A DNA stretch of 63,977 nucleotides, the filler included, from Chiloscyllium plagiosum (Eukaryota): the NCBI RefSeq assembly GCF_004010195.1. It is 7 parts of one record of this genome, joined end to end, with 100 filler letters (N's around TTAATTAATTAA, not from the genome) between each part and the next. Parts side by side here need not be neighbours in the genome. Positions count along the whole stretch, not along the records: positions 48,932 to 60,838 come from NC_057717.1; positions 60,939 to 63,977 come from NC_057717.1; 5 more parts are not named here. One strand, given 5' to 3'. Within the stretch, counting starts at the first letter, position 1. Every line of letters starts with the position of its first letter. Both the position numbers and the translations under genes were made by a program. The notes beneath the pieces were generated by a model. It did not search any database, was not told the origin of the DNA, and saw only the letters and a list, made by a program, of their open reading frames with translations. Shown here in pieces: positions 60,203 through 63,977 of the stretch.

Positions 60203-60559
60203 GCTAACAAGTCTGTTATCCCTTTTTCCACACACACATAACAAGGCCGTGATAGTCACCAACTGAACTGGGGCTGAAAGGAAAACAAGAAATTGCTTGT
60301 AAAACGTCAACAGGTCTGAAAACATCAGAATCAGAAGCCTTCAGCCCTTAAGAACAATCATTGGATCCAAAAGGTTCACTCCCCACAAATGCTGCCGGAC
60401 CTGCTGAGTTTCCCAGCAATTTTTGTGCTGTCTCTCATATCTGCAACATCTGCAGTTCTTTGTCAGATAGAAAACCAACCTTGACCCATTGAAGGGGATA
60501 TTTGATCAGTTGATAATCCACTTCATCCACAGACTTAGATGGGATGGAGCATAGGCTCA

Positions 60560-60838
60560 TAAAATTCTTACAGTGTAAAAACAGGTTCTTCGGCTCATCA
60601 TGCATCCCACCAAGTCTCACCCTCTACGCTATTCCTGTAACCTCGCATTTCTCATGGCTAACCATACAACCAACACTCACCTGGACACTATTGACTATTG
60701 AGCGTTGCAAATCCACCCTAACCTGCGCATCTTTGGACTGTGCGAGGAAACTGGAGCACCAGGAGGAAACTCACGCAGACACGGGGAGCATGTGCAAACT
60801 CCGCACACACAGTCTTCAATCAGACAGGGATCTGGGTA
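60560..60838 (-). mobile_element. V-SINE (HE1-like), truncated by a gap
   Basis: ctttggactgtgcgaggaaactggagcacc...cacgcagacacggggagcatgtgcaaactcc, the reverse complement of the V-domain. Confidence 0.75.
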
Positions 60839-61559
60839 NNNNNNNNNNNNNNNNNNNNNNNNNNNNNNNNNNNNNNNNNNNNTTAATTAATTAANNNNNN
60901 NNNNNNNNNNNNNNNNNNNNNNNNNNNNNNNNNNNNNNATTTTGTTTAGGAGAGTTAATGGAAATGTGACAGATTTGAGGGGCTGAGTGGTCGATATTTG
61001 TTTCTAATTGTCAACTCCTCATATATCAAAAGAGTGGTGATTGGTTTGAGGGGAACACATTTTGAGAATAAGGACCTTTCCATTTCAGACTGAGACAGGG
61101 GTGCTCCTTTCTCTTTAGGATTGTGTAATCTGTGGTGTTCTCATCCCGAGGGAGCAGTGAAGACTGGATTACAGAAAACACTCAAGGTTGAGTTCCATAG
61201 AACTCTGATGAACTAAAGAATCCATGTTTATTAGGAACAGACAGGGAAATTATGTTTAGTGACAATCGCATCAACAATGCACATTCCGAATGGTGCAGCA
61301 GGCTCAAGGAGCTCAATGGCCAGCTGCTACTCCTAACCTACGTGTTGTTCTCTCAAGCACTCCGTAAAGTTACAGGGGTAAAGAAAGATCCCATTCAGCC
61401 AGTCAGCACCATTATGCGACAGGAGGAGACCCTTCTGCCCTCTAAGGATTTACGCATGAACAGATTGAAGTCATTCAACTTGTTAAGTACATTACTCTGC
61501 GTAGGATGAGGCCATCCAACCTTTCTAGCCTGCTACCCAGCAACAGGAGCAACCTAGTT

Positions 61560-62170
61560 AACAATCAGGGAATAAACATTCGGGTTTTTCAGGTTGCAAA
61601 GTTGTAACTGTGTTGGAGTTCCCCGGGGATCAGTGTGAAATTATCAACTATTTACAATCTATACCAATGACTTGGATGAGAGGACTGATTGGCTTGGAGC
61701 TCAGTCAGCTCATTCACAAAGATAATCATTTAACTGGACATGGAGACTCTGAAATGGGATACAGATGGGGAGGTTAGTGATCAAAACTTTGGCAGAAAAC
61801 AGTATAATGTTGGTTAAGACAAGTCAGTGTTGTGTTGATACGAGAAAATAACAGTCACCTTCTTAAATGGAGAGAAAATCACAGAACTCATTGGTATAGA
61901 AGGATTTGTGCATTCCGGTACATGAGCCACGTAAACCTAGTCAGCAGATTCAGCCAATAATTAGAAGAAGGTATCGAATCTTGCTGTTTTATGCAAAGGC
62001 TATTAGTTATAATCATTAGGATGTATTACTGCATTTGTACATGACAATACTGAGACTACATCTGAAGTATTGTCTCCCGTAATGAACCCCTAAACTGAAA
62101 GGAAAATATGCAATGGTTTTAGAAGCTTTTCACTGATGTTTTACTTTACTCTTTGCTAGAATGAAGGCCT
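61560..62170 (+). mobile_element. Highly degraded CR1 RT fragment
   Basis: ggagttccccggggatcagtg ([11 protein letters not shown]), tttacaatctataccaatgacttggatgag (FTIYxNDLDE), ctgagactacatctgaagtattgt (RPHLEYC-like). Confidence 0.65.
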
Positions 62171-62171
62171 G

Positions 62172-62525
62172 ATGGAATCATAGTGACATACAGCACGGAA
62201 ACAGACCCTTCAGTCCAGCTTATCTGCACCGACCAGATATTCCAATCTGATGTAGTAATCTTTGCCAGCATTAGACCCATAATCCTCTAAACGGTTCTTA
62301 TTGACATACCAATCCATTGCCTCTTAAATGTTGTAACTGTACCAGCCTCCATCACCTTTGCTGCCAGTTCGTCCCATACACACACTATCCTCTGTGTAAA
62401 AAAGTTACCTCTTCAGGTATCTTTTTAATATTACCCCTCTCACCTTGAATCTATGCCCACTGGTTTGGACCCCCTCCGACCTTGGAAAATAACCATATCC
62501 ATGCCCCCCATGGCCTCTACAAGGT
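62172..62525 (-). mobile_element. CR1 3' end fragment
   Basis: Reverse complement resembles the 3' UTR at ~7080-7370. Confidence 0.65.
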
Positions 62526-63229
62526 CAGAACACTTCAGACCTGAGAATAAGAGATGTTCATATTGAACATAAAGGACCCTGAGGAGAGTGTACTGGGCGT
62601 AGCTGAGGAAGGAGAGAATAAAACTAAGGATTTAATTTAATAAAACAATATATTCATTTTAACACCGTTCTTTGAAGACATGAATTTATTGTACAATAAT
62701 TATGAAGACACATATAAAAATATTTTCAAAAGATAAATTACAAATCACTCCTCAATGAAGCATATTACAGGGATGGAGTATGCAATCAGAGGAATGTTTA
62801 ACCAGACACTACATGGTTCACGTTGGTGTTCGGGTCACATTATTATATGTTTCAGCTCAGAGAGGAAGAAAATGTAACTTGCCTGAGAAGCCACAGCCAT
62901 TGCTCCATCGCTTTACTTGTTCATTTTTTTGAGTAACTTTGTTTTTGTTTTAGCTTAATTGTTTTTGTAAATTTAAGAAACATGCCTGACATGTACCTAA
63001 CACTGTACCTGACCCAGTCTGAGACTGATTTCATTTGCCATATCACATACTTGGTTCCACTGATAATTTGCCATGACCGATGGAGGATGGGACTAGAAAA
63101 AGATACAATGACTCTCCAACCTCGGTAGGAACAGGGATAAGGAGAAATTCTCTAAGGACCGTTTGATTCGGAGGTGTCTTCCCCACAGGTCTGTGGTACC
63201 TGTGTGTTTGCACTTATTCAAAATTGTGT

Positions 63230-63422
63230 TAGATGCGCAATTTAGCATGGTCAATCCACTGAAAGTCTTTAGACTGTGGGAGGAATCTGGCGCACCTGGA
63301 GGAAACACTTGCAGACAGGGGGAGAATGTGAAAACTCAATACAAATAGTCTTGAGTGTGGAAGCAAACCGGGCCCCTGGCACTGTGAGACCGTCGTGTTA
63401 AGCACTGAGACACCATGCCACT
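63230..63422 (-). mobile_element. Degraded V-SINE
   Basis: tttagcatggtcaatcc..tttagactgtgggaggaatctgg..gtgttaagcactgagacaccatgcc, matching the SINE at 11702-12017. Confidence 0.7.
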
Positions 63423-63977
63423 CCTACTCCCACTCTGCTCCCCACAATGAATCACTGTGCTAGGGAATACTGGGAAAAATGTAAATCTGTAATATAAACA
63501 GAATACAGTGGCAAAACACTGCAGGTGAGCCAGTATCTGGAAAGAGAAATAGAGTTAGAATATTAAGCCTGATATTACCCTATTGGGGAAAACTCATATT
63601 CGACTCAATAAGTTAAATCTGTTTCTCTCTGCTCAGAATCTGTTAAGGTTTTCCAGCACTTTCAACTTACTTAGTCTTTTGGACTGTGGGTATTTGTCTG
63701 ATCTGAAAGGGAACAGTGAAGCTGCCATTTCTGTTAGCTCTCGAGTATTTGGTTGTGGCTTCTGAATGAAAAATTTAAATATATGAGAATAACTACCGTT
63801 ACGCATTATGAAAATGTTGAACTCAGTGGTACTGACATCACACAATCAATCATCTGTAAGTAACTAACTGAATTAACGATTCCAATTGTTATCAATGTCT
63901 TGTCATGCTCCTGATGTCACTGGCATCAAACTCATCCAGCAAGGTCTTACCTTTCCGAAACTTCAGATGAGAGTGTG

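Overview
Vertebrate repeat-rich DNA, most likely from a cartilaginous fish (shark). This is an inference from the HE1/V-SINE-type SINEs, HER1/CR1-type LINEs and a 33-bp satellite. I see no intact host protein-coding gene. About 56 kb of the window is one large, diverged inverted segmental duplication: base 1 pairs with ~56443, and the apparent centre is the N-gap at 30712-31211. A further partial direct copy of the left arm lies at 21731-28071. The right arm carries a defective class I (gamma/epsilon-like) endogenous retrovirus at 39223-46008: 5' LTR, tRNA-Pro-like PBS, gag remnant, UAG-readthrough pro/pol, env, PPT and 3' LTR. The left-arm copies have only a solo LTR at the equivalent position. 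A Penelope-like retroelement (RT, GIY-YIG and a minimal hammerhead ribozyme) is inserted in the 5' LTR with a target-site duplication. Other content: long 33-bp satellite arrays abutting the LTRs, CR1 LINE pieces, SINEs, decayed tRNA genes (Ser, Glu, Gly), an older gag-pro-RT relic of a different retroelement lineage, and further hammerhead-bearing Penelope fragments. There are many assembly gaps, several with an artificial TTAATTAATTAA spacer, so the large-scale order needs long-read confirmation.
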